NCBI GenBank assembly: GCA_963716475.1
Contig: OY970314.1
Location: 10,479 to 74,478, forward strand
Source: Candidatus Woesebacteria bacterium
Lineage (GTDB): Bacteria > Patescibacteriota > Microgenomatia > UBA8517
Length of the DNA stretch: 64,000 nt
Direction of reading: 5' to 3'
This document shows positions 11,782-21,673 of the stretch, one piece after another. Numbering within the stretch: position 1 is the first letter of the stretch; every line of letters begins with the position of its first letter. A model generated the notes under the pieces. That model was not told the DNA's origin. It worked only from the letters and a program-made list of their open reading frames with translations, and did not search any database. The translations under genes were made by a program, and so were the position numbers.

Positions 11782-13989
11782 ATGGTGCGAAGGATTGGAA
11801 AAGTACTACAGGCCGTACTTTTTGTTGCGGTAGTTACCTTTTTCGCAACGTCTTCCGGCCGCGTAAAAGCACAGACAGCGTTCCTTTTTGCCTCGATGAG
11901 TGATAGTCATATTGAGACAACCAACTTTACCAATACCGTTAATCAAATAAAATCATTAAATCCGAAGTTTGCCCTTTTTAACGGTGATCTGGAGAACGAC
12001 GGGGTGGTGTCCAGTCAGATGGATCCCATGATAAATGTGCTGAAAAATGCAGGGATATTTAATAATACTTTTTTAGTGCGTGGCAACCATGATGATCATT
12101 TATCGGGTAGCGCTGCTTTATGGCAAAGTTATTTTACAACGGCAAACCGACCGCTTCCTGCCGGCGTCACCAACTACGTCGGCATAGATTCTTCCTCTAC
12201 CTATCTTACCTATTCTTTTGATTATGATAACTCCCGGTTTATCGGATTAGACAGCAATCAGTATGGAGATCCTCCCACAAGCGCACAGTATACATTCCTT
12301 GATCAGCGACTGACAGATGCAGAAAACACTGGTCTCACTCATGCATTTATATTTGTTCACCCCCCCGAATATTGTGTAGAGAGCACCCACTGTGGTTGTC
12401 AAACGGCAACAGGCTGCGGGCCTTCTACACAATTTATATCACTAATCAATAAGCACCCGATTGTTTCGGCAACATTCCATGGCCATGAACATATTTTAGC
12501 CTGGGTCCATATGAGCAGCGCCCGTGTCCCGGGGTTGACTCATGAGTATGAGGAGTTTATTACGAGTTCTTCGGGGAACCCGTATAGTTTTACCCCGTAT
12601 CCTGCCCGCATGGACTATTATAACTATTCAAGTAGCTTAACAGCATTTGGAACGGTTACTGTAAATGGGCCGAATTTTACGGTTAATTTTTATCATACCG
12701 GAACCACCACGCCGATTTGGTCCAACACATTCACCAAATCGGGTTCCGCGACAACAGTTCCTACTGCCACACCGTCTGTGACATCGACCCCTATAAAAAC
12801 ACCGACACCAACACCAATAAAGACTCCGACTCCGGTACCGACACCAACCAAAACAGTAACACCTGTTCCCGCTCCGACGCAAACACCGACCGGCGGCCTT
12901 ACAAGAACGATGAAATATTATGGTGTCGATCGCGGGAGTCCGTTTTCCGATGCCAACTATGCCAACCTGGCTTCTCATTCGGTAAAAACTATCATTGTCG
13001 ATACATATATTAATGACGCGAGTAATAGCACCAGTTCCAAATGGTCAAATGTCAAAGCTCTGGCGGATAAATATAATTTCAATTATGTTATCTGGCCAAA
13101 CCAAGGCGGAGATGTTTCCGGATGCCGCTGGGAATATCCGTTCAATGCACCAGTGAATGGTTATTATATTGGGAGAGTCACGACCATGCTGGATTTCTTC
13201 GCATCAGACCCGCATTTTATCGGCATGGTGAGCTCCCATGAGCCGAGTTCGGCTGTTTCAACGGGCTGTAATTCTACAATTGCCGACATGACCGCCATCA
13301 AATCACAGCTAAAAACGTATATGCAGTCAAAGGGAAGAGCTGACTTTAAGGTCTGGAATTATATTGATAATATTACGAATTTGATGAGTATGTCCGGCTA
13401 CACCCCGGCAGATATTGAGCGGGTTATGGATGTGGCGGTGACTTGGCAGCATTGTTTTGGTACGGCTGAAGGGACATGTCCTGCTGCCAAAAATAAAATA
13501 ATTGCCGACCGCAATTACATTAATCAGGCCGGTTTGGACGGCAAGGTTGATTTGGTCTACTTGTTCCAAACGTTCGGTTATACCAATTATGGCTATACCA
13601 TGCCGACACTTGCAGATATGCAGGCGTGGGATTGTCAGTTTGTTGCCACCAACGCTCTTGACGGCTTCATGTACTACACATGGGGTGCCTGGTATGATAC
13701 GGATTTAGCTAACCACCCTGAGCTTTGGCCGGAAATGGACAGGGTTTATAACAGTTGTGTTAATACAATCTCTGTGGCGCCGACTCCGTCATCATCTCCA
13801 GTAGTGGTTCCGGCAGTTAAGCCGGGGGACGCCAACGGAGATAATAAGGTCGACGAAGCCGATTATGCGGTATGGTTTTCTCATTTTGGTATGACATCCT
13901 CGGGGGTTTCTAACGGGGACTTTAGCGGTGACGGGGTTGTCGATGGCATAGATTATGCTATTTGGATTTCAAATTATAACAGCAATTAA
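11782..13989 (+). CDS. Secreted calcineurin-like metallophosphoesterase with PT linker, putative glycoside hydrolase-like domain and C-terminal dockerin
   Basis: Signal peptide; DSH, GD, GNHD and GHEH metal motifs; twin Ca-binding loops GDANGDNKVDEAD and GDFSGDGVVDGID. The middle-domain call is tentative. Confidence 0.8.
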   Translation: MVRRIGKVLQAVLFVAVVTFFATSSGRVKAQTAFLFASMSDSHIETTNFTNTVNQIKSLNPKFALFNGDLENDGVVSSQMDPMINVLKNAGIFNNTFLVRGNHDDHLSGSAALWQSYFTTANRPLPAGVTNYVGIDSSSTYLTYSFDYDNSRFIGLDSNQYGDPPTSAQYTFLDQRLTDAENTGLTHAFIFVHPPEYCVESTHCGCQTATGCGPSTQFISLINKHPIVSATFHGHEHILAWVHMSSARVPGLTHEYEEFITSSSGNPYSFTPYPARMDYYNYSSSLTAFGTVTVNGPNFTVNFYHTGTTTPIWSNTFTKSGSATTVPTATPSVTSTPIKTPTPTPIKTPTPVPTPTKTVTPVPAPTQTPTGGLTRTMKYYGVDRGSPFSDANYANLASHSVKTIIVDTYINDASNSTSSKWSNVKALADKYNFNYVIWPNQGGDVSGCRWEYPFNAPVNGYYIGRVTTMLDFFASDPHFIGMVSSHEPSSAVSTGCNSTIADMTAIKSQLKTYMQSKGRADFKVWNYIDNITNLMSMSGYTPADIERVMDVAVTWQHCFGTAEGTCPAAKNKIIADRNYINQAGLDGKVDLVYLFQTFGYTNYGYTMPTLADMQAWDCQFVATNALDGFMYYTWGAWYDTDLANHPELWPEMDRVYNSCVNTISVAPTPSSSPVVVPAVKPGDANGDNKVDEADYAVWFSHFGMTSSGVSNGDFSGDGVVDGIDYAIWISNYNSN

Positions 13990-14025
13990 AATTGCTGATA
14001 TGTAGTTTTAATTGGATAAAATGTC

Positions 14026-15534
14026 ATGGAAAGTAAATTAAATCTCGGAATAAAAGAAATGTACGATCGGGTGAAAGAGGTAGGTGTCAAAGTGGAGAAT
14101 ACGGCTTTGTCCCAAACAAATAAAATACCGCTATTCTCCAAGTTAAAAATGAAGTTTTTCGGATTTCCTAAAAATTTGAAGACTGGTTTTAAATACCTCA
14201 CGCTTGTGCTACCTCTAATCGCTATTTTTGTTACTCTGGTTCTAATTCGGAATAACCAGACAATAGGAATCCAAGCCGGAACACATCAGGCTGCTCTTTC
14301 TTTTGAGGTAGCCTCATGGAGCATTCCGCCCCAGAGCTCTTTTGGTGTTTGGATAAATTCGGACTCTCCGGTGGCATTTTCTGATATCGAGCTTTCTTTT
14401 GACCCCAGGTTTATCAAAATGATCAGCGAGGTTAATTTGGGCAGTAGTCTGACCAGAAAAATAAAAATTACATCAATGGCTGATGCCAACTCAACGGGTA
14501 AAATGTCGATAGTTTTGGGTCTCGACCCTTCTAATTTAGGGAATCCTCCCTCGGGAGCGTTTCGAGTAGCCGATCTGACATTTGATTCGAATACTTTGAC
14601 ACAAAACGCGGCTACAAAAATCTCCTTCACGACCCCAGGTATGCAGCTTGTCGCACTTGATCAATCGGTTTTTACTCTGACAACTACGGGGGTTGACCTT
14701 ACCATTAACAAACCAAGCCCGACTCCGACACCAAAAATGACTCAAACCCCAACGCCAACTCCCAAGTTGACCCCGGCTCCGACACCAAAAATGACTCAAA
14801 CCCCAACGCCAACTCCCAAGTTGACCCCGGCTCCGACACCAAAAATGACTCAAACCCCCATACCGGTGTTGACACCTTCTCCTAAGCCAATTTCTACATC
14901 CACTCCAAACCCAACTTCTCTAGTTATCACTAATGTTCGGGCCACGGACGTTACGCAGACGGGAGCGACAATCAGTTGGAACCTTTCTGATTATGGAACA
15001 GGACAGGTTCAATATGGGACTACTACGACATATGGCTTGCTTTCTACGCCTGAAACGTCATTTGACTGGAATTATCATATTCAACCACTGAGCAATCTCA
15101 AACCGGGAACACTTTATCACTACCGTGTTTCGTCATCCAATAGAGCCGGCCAGTTGACCGTCAGCGGCGACTACACCTTCACTACCATAGGAATATCGCC
15201 GACTGCTACTCCGGTAAGGACTTTAACACCGGTTCCGTTCCCAACGGCAACTCCCGTACCCGTGGCTAAGGTTCTTCTATCCGGCACGGTAACGAACTCT
15301 GGTAACTACAGGCTTATTAGTGGAATCAGTGTAACTGTCAGGGATAACTCAGGGGTGGTTGTTGCCCGAGGCAGGACAGATAGTCACGGACATTACGGGT
15401 TTTATTTAAACACCGGTTCATACAAAGTTACGGTGTCAGGATTTGGCTATATTAGTAAAACAGCCACGGTTGATCTTTCTGGTAACTTTATACTAAACTT
15501 TGCGATATCGCGCTGGAGAATTTTAAATTTTTGA
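14026..15534 (+). CDS. Membrane-anchored cohesin-like, Fn3 and carboxypeptidase-regulatory-like domain protein
   Basis: TM helix; cohesin-like pattern (DIELSFDP...VADLTF); PT linker; ATISW...YG...L.PGTLYHYRV Fn3; SGTVT...TDSHGHY...GSYKVTVSGFGY. Confidence 0.65.
   Translation: MESKLNLGIKEMYDRVKEVGVKVENTALSQTNKIPLFSKLKMKFFGFPKNLKTGFKYLTLVLPLIAIFVTLVLIRNNQTIGIQAGTHQAALSFEVASWSIPPQSSFGVWINSDSPVAFSDIELSFDPRFIKMISEVNLGSSLTRKIKITSMADANSTGKMSIVLGLDPSNLGNPPSGAFRVADLTFDSNTLTQNAATKISFTTPGMQLVALDQSVFTLTTTGVDLTINKPSPTPTPKMTQTPTPTPKLTPAPTPKMTQTPTPTPKLTPAPTPKMTQTPIPVLTPSPKPISTSTPNPTSLVITNVRATDVTQTGATISWNLSDYGTGQVQYGTTTTYGLLSTPETSFDWNYHIQPLSNLKPGTLYHYRVSSSNRAGQLTVSGDYTFTTIGISPTATPVRTLTPVPFPTATPVPVAKVLLSGTVTNSGNYRLISGISVTVRDNSGVVVARGRTDSHGHYGFYLNTGSYKVTVSGFGYISKTATVDLSGNFILNFAISRWRILNF
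14723..14860 (+). repeat. 54-bp intragenic tandem repeat, about 2.5 copies
   Basis: Exact repeats encoding PTPKMTQTPTPTPKLTPA. Confidence 0.9.
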
Positions 15535-15542
15535 GGCAGGTG

Positions 15543-15570
15543 TTGACAAAGGCCGATAATTAGCTATACT
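15543..15570 (+). promoter_or_regulatory. Sigma70 promoter for rho
   Basis: TTGACA-16 nt-TATACT. Confidence 0.6.
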
Positions 15571-15628
15571 AATAAGCGTAACTTCGAGTTTGCCCGGATT
15601 CCAGTGATTTCCAAATACCACTAATTTA

Positions 15629-16966
15629 ATGCCGAAAAAAGCAGTTGAGAAGACAGTAATAAAAACAGAGACTAGCGTCATAGGAAAGGCTGATGTGCAG
15701 TCCTTGATCGGTGCTCCGGTGGATGCAGGAATGCTTCCTCCGGCTCCTGTGGCTATCGAAGAGCGTCCTGTTAATCCTTTAGTGGTAGATGAGAGGATGA
15801 TTCCCGATGCAGGTCTTCCTACGGAGTTTGTTGAAGGAGTCCTTGATATTGCCAATGAGGGGAGCGGACTTCTCAGGCCTCAAAGATTCGCTCCGAGTGA
15901 TCACGACATCTATATTTCCGCCTCCCAAATCAGGAGATTTAATCTAAGAGTCGGGGACATGATTGGCGGCCAGGCCAGGCGTCCCAAAGAAAACGAAAGA
16001 TATTGGGGACTTCTTAAAGTTGAAAAAGTAAACGGAGAACCGGTCGAAGCCCTAGGTCAAAGGATAGATTTTGACAGCATGACTGCGGTTTATCCTGATG
16101 CTCAGATTGTCCTTTCGACAGATAAAGATACATTAACAACCAGAATGATAGATTTGGTTGCTCCGATTGGTTTTGGCCAAAGGGCTCTCATTGTTTCTCC
16201 GCCTAAAGCAGGTAAAACCTGGCTTGTAAAAGACATAATCAAAGGGATTGCCACGAATTATCCCGAAAAAGGAAAAGGAAAAGCCAAAAAGGTTCATGTT
16301 ATGGCGGTCCTTATTGGCGAACGTCCTGAGGAAGTTACGGATATTATAAGAACAATGGATAGCTATTCCGACAAAATGGGTGAAGTTGCCGCCAGTAATT
16401 TTGATGAAGCGCCTCAGGACCAAACCCGTGTGGGAGAGCTGGCTCTCGAGAGGGCTAGAAGATTGGTTGAAGGCGGGCGTGATGTTGTTATAGTTCTTGA
16501 TTCCATTACCAGAATGGCGAGGGCATACAATTTGGCACTCCCGACATCCGGTCGCACTCTTTCGGGAGGTTTTGATCCCATGGCCCTTTTCCCGGCCAAA
16601 AAATTCTTTGGGGCTGCCAGAAAAATTGAAGGCAGAGGGTCTTTAACCATTATCGGAACGTGCTTGGTTGATACGGGTTCTAGAATGGATGACCTGATTT
16701 ATGAAGAATTTAAAGGAACAGGCAATATGGAACTTCATTTGGACAGAAAACTCTCCGATCGCAGAATATTCCCGGCAATTGACGTGGCCAGAAGCGGGAC
16801 CAGACAAGATGAGCTTCTTTTCGGAATGGAAAAGCTTAAGAAAGTAAATACCCTAAGAAGAATGATTGATCTTATGAATGATGATGAAAAGACGCTGACT
16901 CTAATAGATAGACTTTCCAGGTCCGATTCAAATGACGAGTTCCTCGACAGCCTTAAAACTGCTTAA
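15629..16966 (+). CDS. rho: Transcription termination factor Rho
   Basis: DIYISASQIRRFNLR, PPKAGKT, ERPEEVTD, LDSITRMARAYN, FFGAARKIE, EEFKGTGNMEL. Confidence 0.98.
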   Translation: MPKKAVEKTVIKTETSVIGKADVQSLIGAPVDAGMLPPAPVAIEERPVNPLVVDERMIPDAGLPTEFVEGVLDIANEGSGLLRPQRFAPSDHDIYISASQIRRFNLRVGDMIGGQARRPKENERYWGLLKVEKVNGEPVEALGQRIDFDSMTAVYPDAQIVLSTDKDTLTTRMIDLVAPIGFGQRALIVSPPKAGKTWLVKDIIKGIATNYPEKGKGKAKKVHVMAVLIGERPEEVTDIIRTMDSYSDKMGEVAASNFDEAPQDQTRVGELALERARRLVEGGRDVVIVLDSITRMARAYNLALPTSGRTLSGGFDPMALFPAKKFFGAARKIEGRGSLTIIGTCLVDTGSRMDDLIYEEFKGTGNMELHLDRKLSDRRIFPAIDVARSGTRQDELLFGMEKLKKVNTLRRMIDLMNDDEKTLTLIDRLSRSDSNDEFLDSLKTA

Positions 16967-18525
16967 TTCTGCAGAAGATACTGATAAAGATACTGGAGTT
17001 TTTGATTTTGGGGGAAGTATCTTAAGGCCTTGTTCTCCAAGAAATCTTTAGCTTCCTTGGTTTTTCCTTCTTTTATCAAAATACCGGTGTAGTTTTCATA
17101 GGCCAGATAATAATTTCCGTTCTTTATTGCTGTCAGATAAAGTTCTTCAGCTTTGGGAAGATTTCCTTTAGCTTCCCAGTAAGCACCGAGGTTGTTATAG
17201 TTTGTCCACCAATCCGGTGACATTTGAATAGATTTTTCAAAATATACCCTGGCCGTCTCTATGTCTCCGTTTCTGTAAAGCACTACTCCGAGGTTATTGA
17301 CCAAATCAAAAGACTGAGAAATGTTGATATCGTGTGAGTAAAGAGTAAGGCTATCCCTCCAATCGAAAGTGCGGATAAACGTTCTTACTGAAAAAAGCAA
17401 AATGATTACCGCTGCAATCCAGATTATCGTGTTATCTTTCTTAATCCTTGCTAAGAACACACCAATAAGTCCCAGCAGAAACGCCAGCGGCATGTAAAAG
17501 AACCTGTCCGAAACAGTCATATCCAGGGGGAAAAACTGCAAATGCATGGCGAAAGAAAGTAAAAATCCGGTTAAAAAAAGTAAATAAAAAGTAAAATGCT
17601 CATCTTTCTTTTTGAATAAATACCAAGCTCCGAATAGCAATGTCGCAAGAAAAATTAAGAGCACAGTAAGAGGTAAATAAAAGCCGGTTATTGAAATTTC
17701 TTTTACCAACCATTGTTGTTCTACTGCAATATTAATCGGCCAGACAAGTGTCTTGAGGTAATAAAACGCGACAGAAGGAAGTGTTACCATCCTCTCCAGA
17801 AAATTCATTTTTGAAATTTCGGTCAAACCGTGTTTCGCAAAATATATTTTGGCAATACCGAATCTTAAAAAAGAATAAAAGACAGCCAATAAAATTAAGG
17901 GGGGAGCAAACGTTTTTAAATTCTGGCGCTTGAACTTCAATATGTAAATTATCACAATGATTCCCCAGACAACCCCTGTTTCTTTAGAAGCAACGGAACA
18001 AAACAACAAAAAAGCTGATATTAAAAGATGTTTTAAATCATCTTTTGATATGATGAACCAAAAACTCAGGGCCCCGAAAAAGAAAAATAATGTATCCTGT
18101 AAACCGGAAATATATAAAACCGCCTCTGAATTAATCGGATGGACTAGAAATATTAGAGAAAGGATAAATGAAAGCTTTTCTTTTTTTAAAAAGTGGTTAA
18201 AGATTAGGAAAAGCAAGACTGCGCTCCCGATATGAATAATCATTTGAAAAAAGTGAAAGAATGACGCACCTGAACCGAAAATGGAATAGACTAGTGCAAA
18301 CGTAGTTGTCATCATCGGGCGGTAATATAGGCCCCCCAACTTGGCTGCACCGCCGGAATTAAAAGTTGCTTCGGTAAATAGCATGGGGATATTAAAAATT
18401 GAATGAATTTGAGTATTGATAACAATCTGCTCTTCATCATCCCATACGAATCCGTTAAAAAGGGAGTTGAAATAAATTAGAAAACCAAAAATTACAATGA
18501 GGATTATAGAGGTCTTTTTGTCCAT
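16963..18525 (-). CDS. TMTC-like GT-C protein O-glycosyltransferase with C-terminal TPRs
   Basis: FVWDD, YYRP, HPINSEAV, SKE, DRFFYMP motifs, many TM helices, TPR repeats. Confidence 0.75.
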   Translation of the reverse strand: MDKKTSIILIVIFGFLIYFNSLFNGFVWDDEEQIVINTQIHSIFNIPMLFTEATFNSGGAAKLGGLYYRPMMTTTFALVYSIFGSGASFFHFFQMIIHIGSAVLLFLIFNHFLKKEKLSFILSLIFLVHPINSEAVLYISGLQDTLFFFFGALSFWFIISKDDLKHLLISAFLLFCSVASKETGVVWGIIVIIYILKFKRQNLKTFAPPLILLAVFYSFLRFGIAKIYFAKHGLTEISKMNFLERMVTLPSVAFYYLKTLVWPINIAVEQQWLVKEISITGFYLPLTVLLIFLATLLFGAWYLFKKKDEHFTFYLLFLTGFLLSFAMHLQFFPLDMTVSDRFFYMPLAFLLGLIGVFLARIKKDNTIIWIAAVIILLFSVRTFIRTFDWRDSLTLYSHDINISQSFDLVNNLGVVLYRNGDIETARVYFEKSIQMSPDWWTNYNNLGAYWEAKGNLPKAEELYLTAIKNGNYYLAYENYTGILIKEGKTKEAKDFLENKALRYFPQNQKLQYLYQYLLQN

Positions 18526-18651
18526 CCAGTTATTTTACACCATGCAACTTGTTCTGTTGGAGTAGTGTAGTGAGCATGTTTGTTTGGAAACTTTTTACCC
18601 TCATCAATAAAGTTTGCGTCATGATGTTTCATGCGGTATGATCTATGGCAC

Positions 18652-19743
18652 ATGGACGACACCCTTGAAGCGTTAATTGAGATTTGGAAAGACATCAAAA
18701 TATTTCTTCACGAATTGATTAATTTCATTTTAAAAAGTCTTCACTTAAGTTTTCTGAGTATCGAAGAAAAAAAAGGAGTTGTTGTTACGGCTCTTTACCG
18801 GAAAAGAGGGAAACTTTCCAGAACCTTAACCCATTCGGGAATGGTGGCAATTACCGCTCTGGGAGTGATGATGGCTCCCTTGATTGCCCAGGAGTTTCCG
18901 GGCAAAAGTGTTAATCCTTGGAACATATCGGTGGCCCCGTCTGTGCTTTCCGCATCTACCGACGACCCGGCTATTGATACGCAAATATCCAGTAAGGTTA
19001 GGGATAGTATCATTGACTATCAAGTCCAGAATGGGGATACGGTTGCATCTGTTGCCAATAAATTCGGAATATCTCAAGACACTGTCCGTTGGGAAAATAG
19101 CCTGACGAGCGACAAGATAAAAGTCGGGCAGACCCTCAAGATTATGCCTATTACGGGAATTGCGCATACTGTTGCCAAGGGGGACACGGTTTACTCCATT
19201 GCCAAAAAATACGATGCCGATTCCCAGGCTGTCGTTGACTTTCCTTTTAATACTTTTACGGATGACGAAACCTTTGAACTTGCCATAGGGCAGGTTGTCA
19301 TTGTTCCCGATGGCGTCATGCCGGCTGCCGCAGTGACTCCCAGGGCGAGACAAATCACACCTGATGCAGGTTCTGTTACCGCATTGGGGCAATTCGTCTG
19401 GCCGACCGCAGGGACAATTACCCAAAGATTCTCCTGGTACCATCCGGGAGTCGATATCGCCAATTCTACAGGAACTCCGGACGTTGCTGCCGATAGCGGA
19501 CATGTTATATATGCAGGGTGGGACAGCTCAGGGTATGGGAATATGGTTCTTATCGATCACGGAAACGGGTTTGTCACACGCTATGCCCACATGAGCTTGA
19601 TAATGGTGATTTCCGGGCAAAATATCGGGCGCGGTCAACAAGTCGGCAAGATGGGTTCTACAGGTCACTCAACCGGCCCGCATACACATTTTGAGATAAT
19701 CTTGAACGGGGTACACGTCAACCCGTTGAACTATTTGAAGTAG
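18652..19743 (+). CDS. LysM-LysM-M23 peptidoglycan endopeptidase
   Basis: Two LysM domains, HPGVD and STGPHTH zinc motifs, TM helix. Start moved to ATG 18652 because TTGCGT-17-TATGAT (18614-18642) overlaps the upstream ATG. Confidence 0.92.
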   Translation: MDDTLEALIEIWKDIKIFLHELINFILKSLHLSFLSIEEKKGVVVTALYRKRGKLSRTLTHSGMVAITALGVMMAPLIAQEFPGKSVNPWNISVAPSVLSASTDDPAIDTQISSKVRDSIIDYQVQNGDTVASVANKFGISQDTVRWENSLTSDKIKVGQTLKIMPITGIAHTVAKGDTVYSIAKKYDADSQAVVDFPFNTFTDDETFELAIGQVVIVPDGVMPAAAVTPRARQITPDAGSVTALGQFVWPTAGTITQRFSWYHPGVDIANSTGTPDVAADSGHVIYAGWDSSGYGNMVLIDHGNGFVTRYAHMSLIMVISGQNIGRGQQVGKMGSTGHSTGPHTHFEIILNGVHVNPLNYLK

Positions 19744-19746
19744 TGG

Positions 19747-20163
19747 TTATTGGTAACTAACCCTAAATTTCTCCTGAGGAATTTGATCAAATCCGTAATC
19801 CTTTAACCACTTCTGAAAAATCTGATAATTTGCCTGATTTGGGCTCCCAACCGTAACCACAAAGACATCATTACCGTAATCTATATCGATTGCAAACGCA
19901 GATGTTTTATATGGTAGCATTTTTATAAGCGCTGAACTTTGCTGGGTTACGGTATCTACAACCACCGGTTCATCGATAACTCCCGATTGATTGGGAGGAT
20001 TAGGTATTTCGGGAAAGGTACTTGGTTTGGTGGTCAGTCCCTCAGAAGTTTGTTTGGATTGTATACTGATTTTTATTTGATAATAACTGAAAAAATAAAT
20101 AGAAGATAAAGCAACACCCAAAACGGGGAGGATAATGGCTGTGTAGATTAGTGTTTTTTTCAT
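19747..20163 (-). CDS. Membrane-anchored hypothetical protein
   Basis: N-terminal TM helix; abuts the upstream C39-like gene. Confidence 0.7.
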   Translation of the reverse strand: MKKTLIYTAIILPVLGVALSSIYFFSYYQIKISIQSKQTSEGLTTKPSTFPEIPNPPNQSGVIDEPVVVDTVTQQSSALIKMLPYKTSAFAIDIDYGNDVFVVTVGSPNQANYQIFQKWLKDYGFDQIPQEKFRVSYQ

Positions 20164-21471
20164 TTATATAGCCGGTCTAGAACTTGCTGTTTTAATTAAG
20201 GTATACTCGTCCAAAGAATATTGTACTCCCAAATAATTGAACATAGACCCATACCAGGGGTCGTTGTAAATATAATTACCGTTTCCATCTATTCCGATTA
20301 TTAAGGTGAGATGGCCTTCAAGCCCAATATGAATGTGTGCAAAAGCCTGCCATCCGGCTTGAATATATTTTTTAAGAACGACAGGATCTTTATTTGAAGC
20401 TTTGGTTTGAATACGATAACTATTAAGAACCGCAACATTCTGGTCATAAGAGGTTCCATTACACCAAGTAGTCCCGTATATCTGTTGAACAACTTTTGTG
20501 GGGGTGTAAGAAGGATCTACGTTATTTGAAAGCAGCATGGCCACGCTCGTTTCTCCACAGCCAACATCATATAGAGTTCTCGTTGTGTTACCACACGTAA
20601 ATTTAATGCCGGACCAACGGGGATCTTTCTGGGAATAGTAAATTAATCCGTTACTGGTACAATATTCAATGTTGTTTATCTTCTTGCACCCGCTCGCCCC
20701 GTAACTTATGCAGAGAGACGCCTGTGTTTGAGAGCAGGCCGTACTTGGTGTTGGACTGGGTGTCGGAGTGGGTGTTGGCGTTGGTGTCGGGGTCCTGATT
20801 GGAGTTGGAGTGGGTGTTGGTGGTGAGCAATGGGTACCGCATTTGTACCCGGTACCGCAACTCATCTGACCGTACGAAGTCTCACAGGTGTATGTATTCA
20901 GATAGCAAGCACCATAACCTGAACAATTAGGAGTTGGGGTTGGTGTTGGGGTTGGGGTTGATGTTGAGCAATGAACACCACATTTATAGCCGGTCCCACA
21001 ATTCATTTGGCCATATGAGGTTTCACAGATGTATGTGTTGAGATAACAAGCGCCGAAAGAGGAACATTGAGGGGTTGGAGTTGGTGTAGGTGTCGGGGTT
21101 GGTGTTGGCGTCGGTGTTGGGGTTGGAGTTGAAGAGCAGGTACTATTTAATGTCCAGAAACAGTATGAATAGGAAAGACAACTTTTGTTTGCCAATCCCA
21201 TACACGTGTTGACGTAGCCGGCATTTAAGGGATCACTTGGGCAACACTTACCCGGTATGGGAGTGGGTGTGGGTGTTGGCGTCGGTGTCGGAGACTGACA
21301 GTAGCCTGAAGCATCCGGAATACAGGAGGCTCTATTTCTTAAATCAAAGTTTGCATTCTGCCTATTTACTACAATGGCCCCGGCTGCTACTGAAATGACC
21401 AAAAAAACTATAGCAATCAAACTTAGGATATCGACAAAACCACGCCCAAGGTACCTATGTATTCTAGGCAT
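20164..21471 (-). CDS. Membrane-anchored C39-like cysteine peptidase with Cys-rich repeats and PT linkers
   Basis: YYSQKDPRW, GCGETSVAM (Cys), GHLTLIIG (His), NDPW (Asp); two near-identical six-Cys modules. Confidence 0.8.
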   Translation of the reverse strand: MPRIHRYLGRGFVDILSLIAIVFLVISVAAGAIVVNRQNANFDLRNRASCIPDASGYCQSPTPTPTPTPTPIPGKCCPSDPLNAGYVNTCMGLANKSCLSYSYCFWTLNSTCSSTPTPTPTPTPTPTPTPTPTPQCSSFGACYLNTYICETSYGQMNCGTGYKCGVHCSTSTPTPTPTPTPNCSGYGACYLNTYTCETSYGQMSCGTGYKCGTHCSPPTPTPTPIRTPTPTPTPTPTPSPTPSTACSQTQASLCISYGASGCKKINNIEYCTSNGLIYYSQKDPRWSGIKFTCGNTTRTLYDVGCGETSVAMLLSNNVDPSYTPTKVVQQIYGTTWCNGTSYDQNVAVLNSYRIQTKASNKDPVVLKKYIQAGWQAFAHIHIGLEGHLTLIIGIDGNGNYIYNDPWYGSMFNYLGVQYSLDEYTLIKTASSRPAI

Positions 21472-21539
21472 TAATTCAATTTAATATAAAAGCTGCCGGG
21501 TATCAATAACCGCTAATTTGATATAATTCAGGTATAGTC

Positions 21540-21610
21540 GGGCCGTTAGTATATCGGTCGTACACCGCATTCGCATTGCGGAGAGGGCGGTTCAATTCCG
21601 CCACGGTCCA
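21540..21610 (+). tRNA. tRNA-Ala (anticodon CGC), CCA not encoded
   Basis: Acceptor stem GGGCCGT/ACGGTCC with G3-U70, anticodon arm CCGCA-TTCGCAT-TGCGG, T arm GGCGG-TTCAATT-CCGCC. Confidence 0.93.
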
Positions 21611-21651
21611 CTAGCTTTGCTCGTGTCACGTTTGGAATTGGATAGTGCGCA

Positions 21652-21670
21652 CAATTCCACCACGGTCCAC
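21652..21670 (+). repeat. Duplicated tRNA-Ala 3' end (att-like direct repeat)
   Basis: CAATTCCACCACGGTCCAC matches 21593-21611 at 18 of 19 positions. Confidence 0.8.
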
Positions 21671-21673
21671 AGT

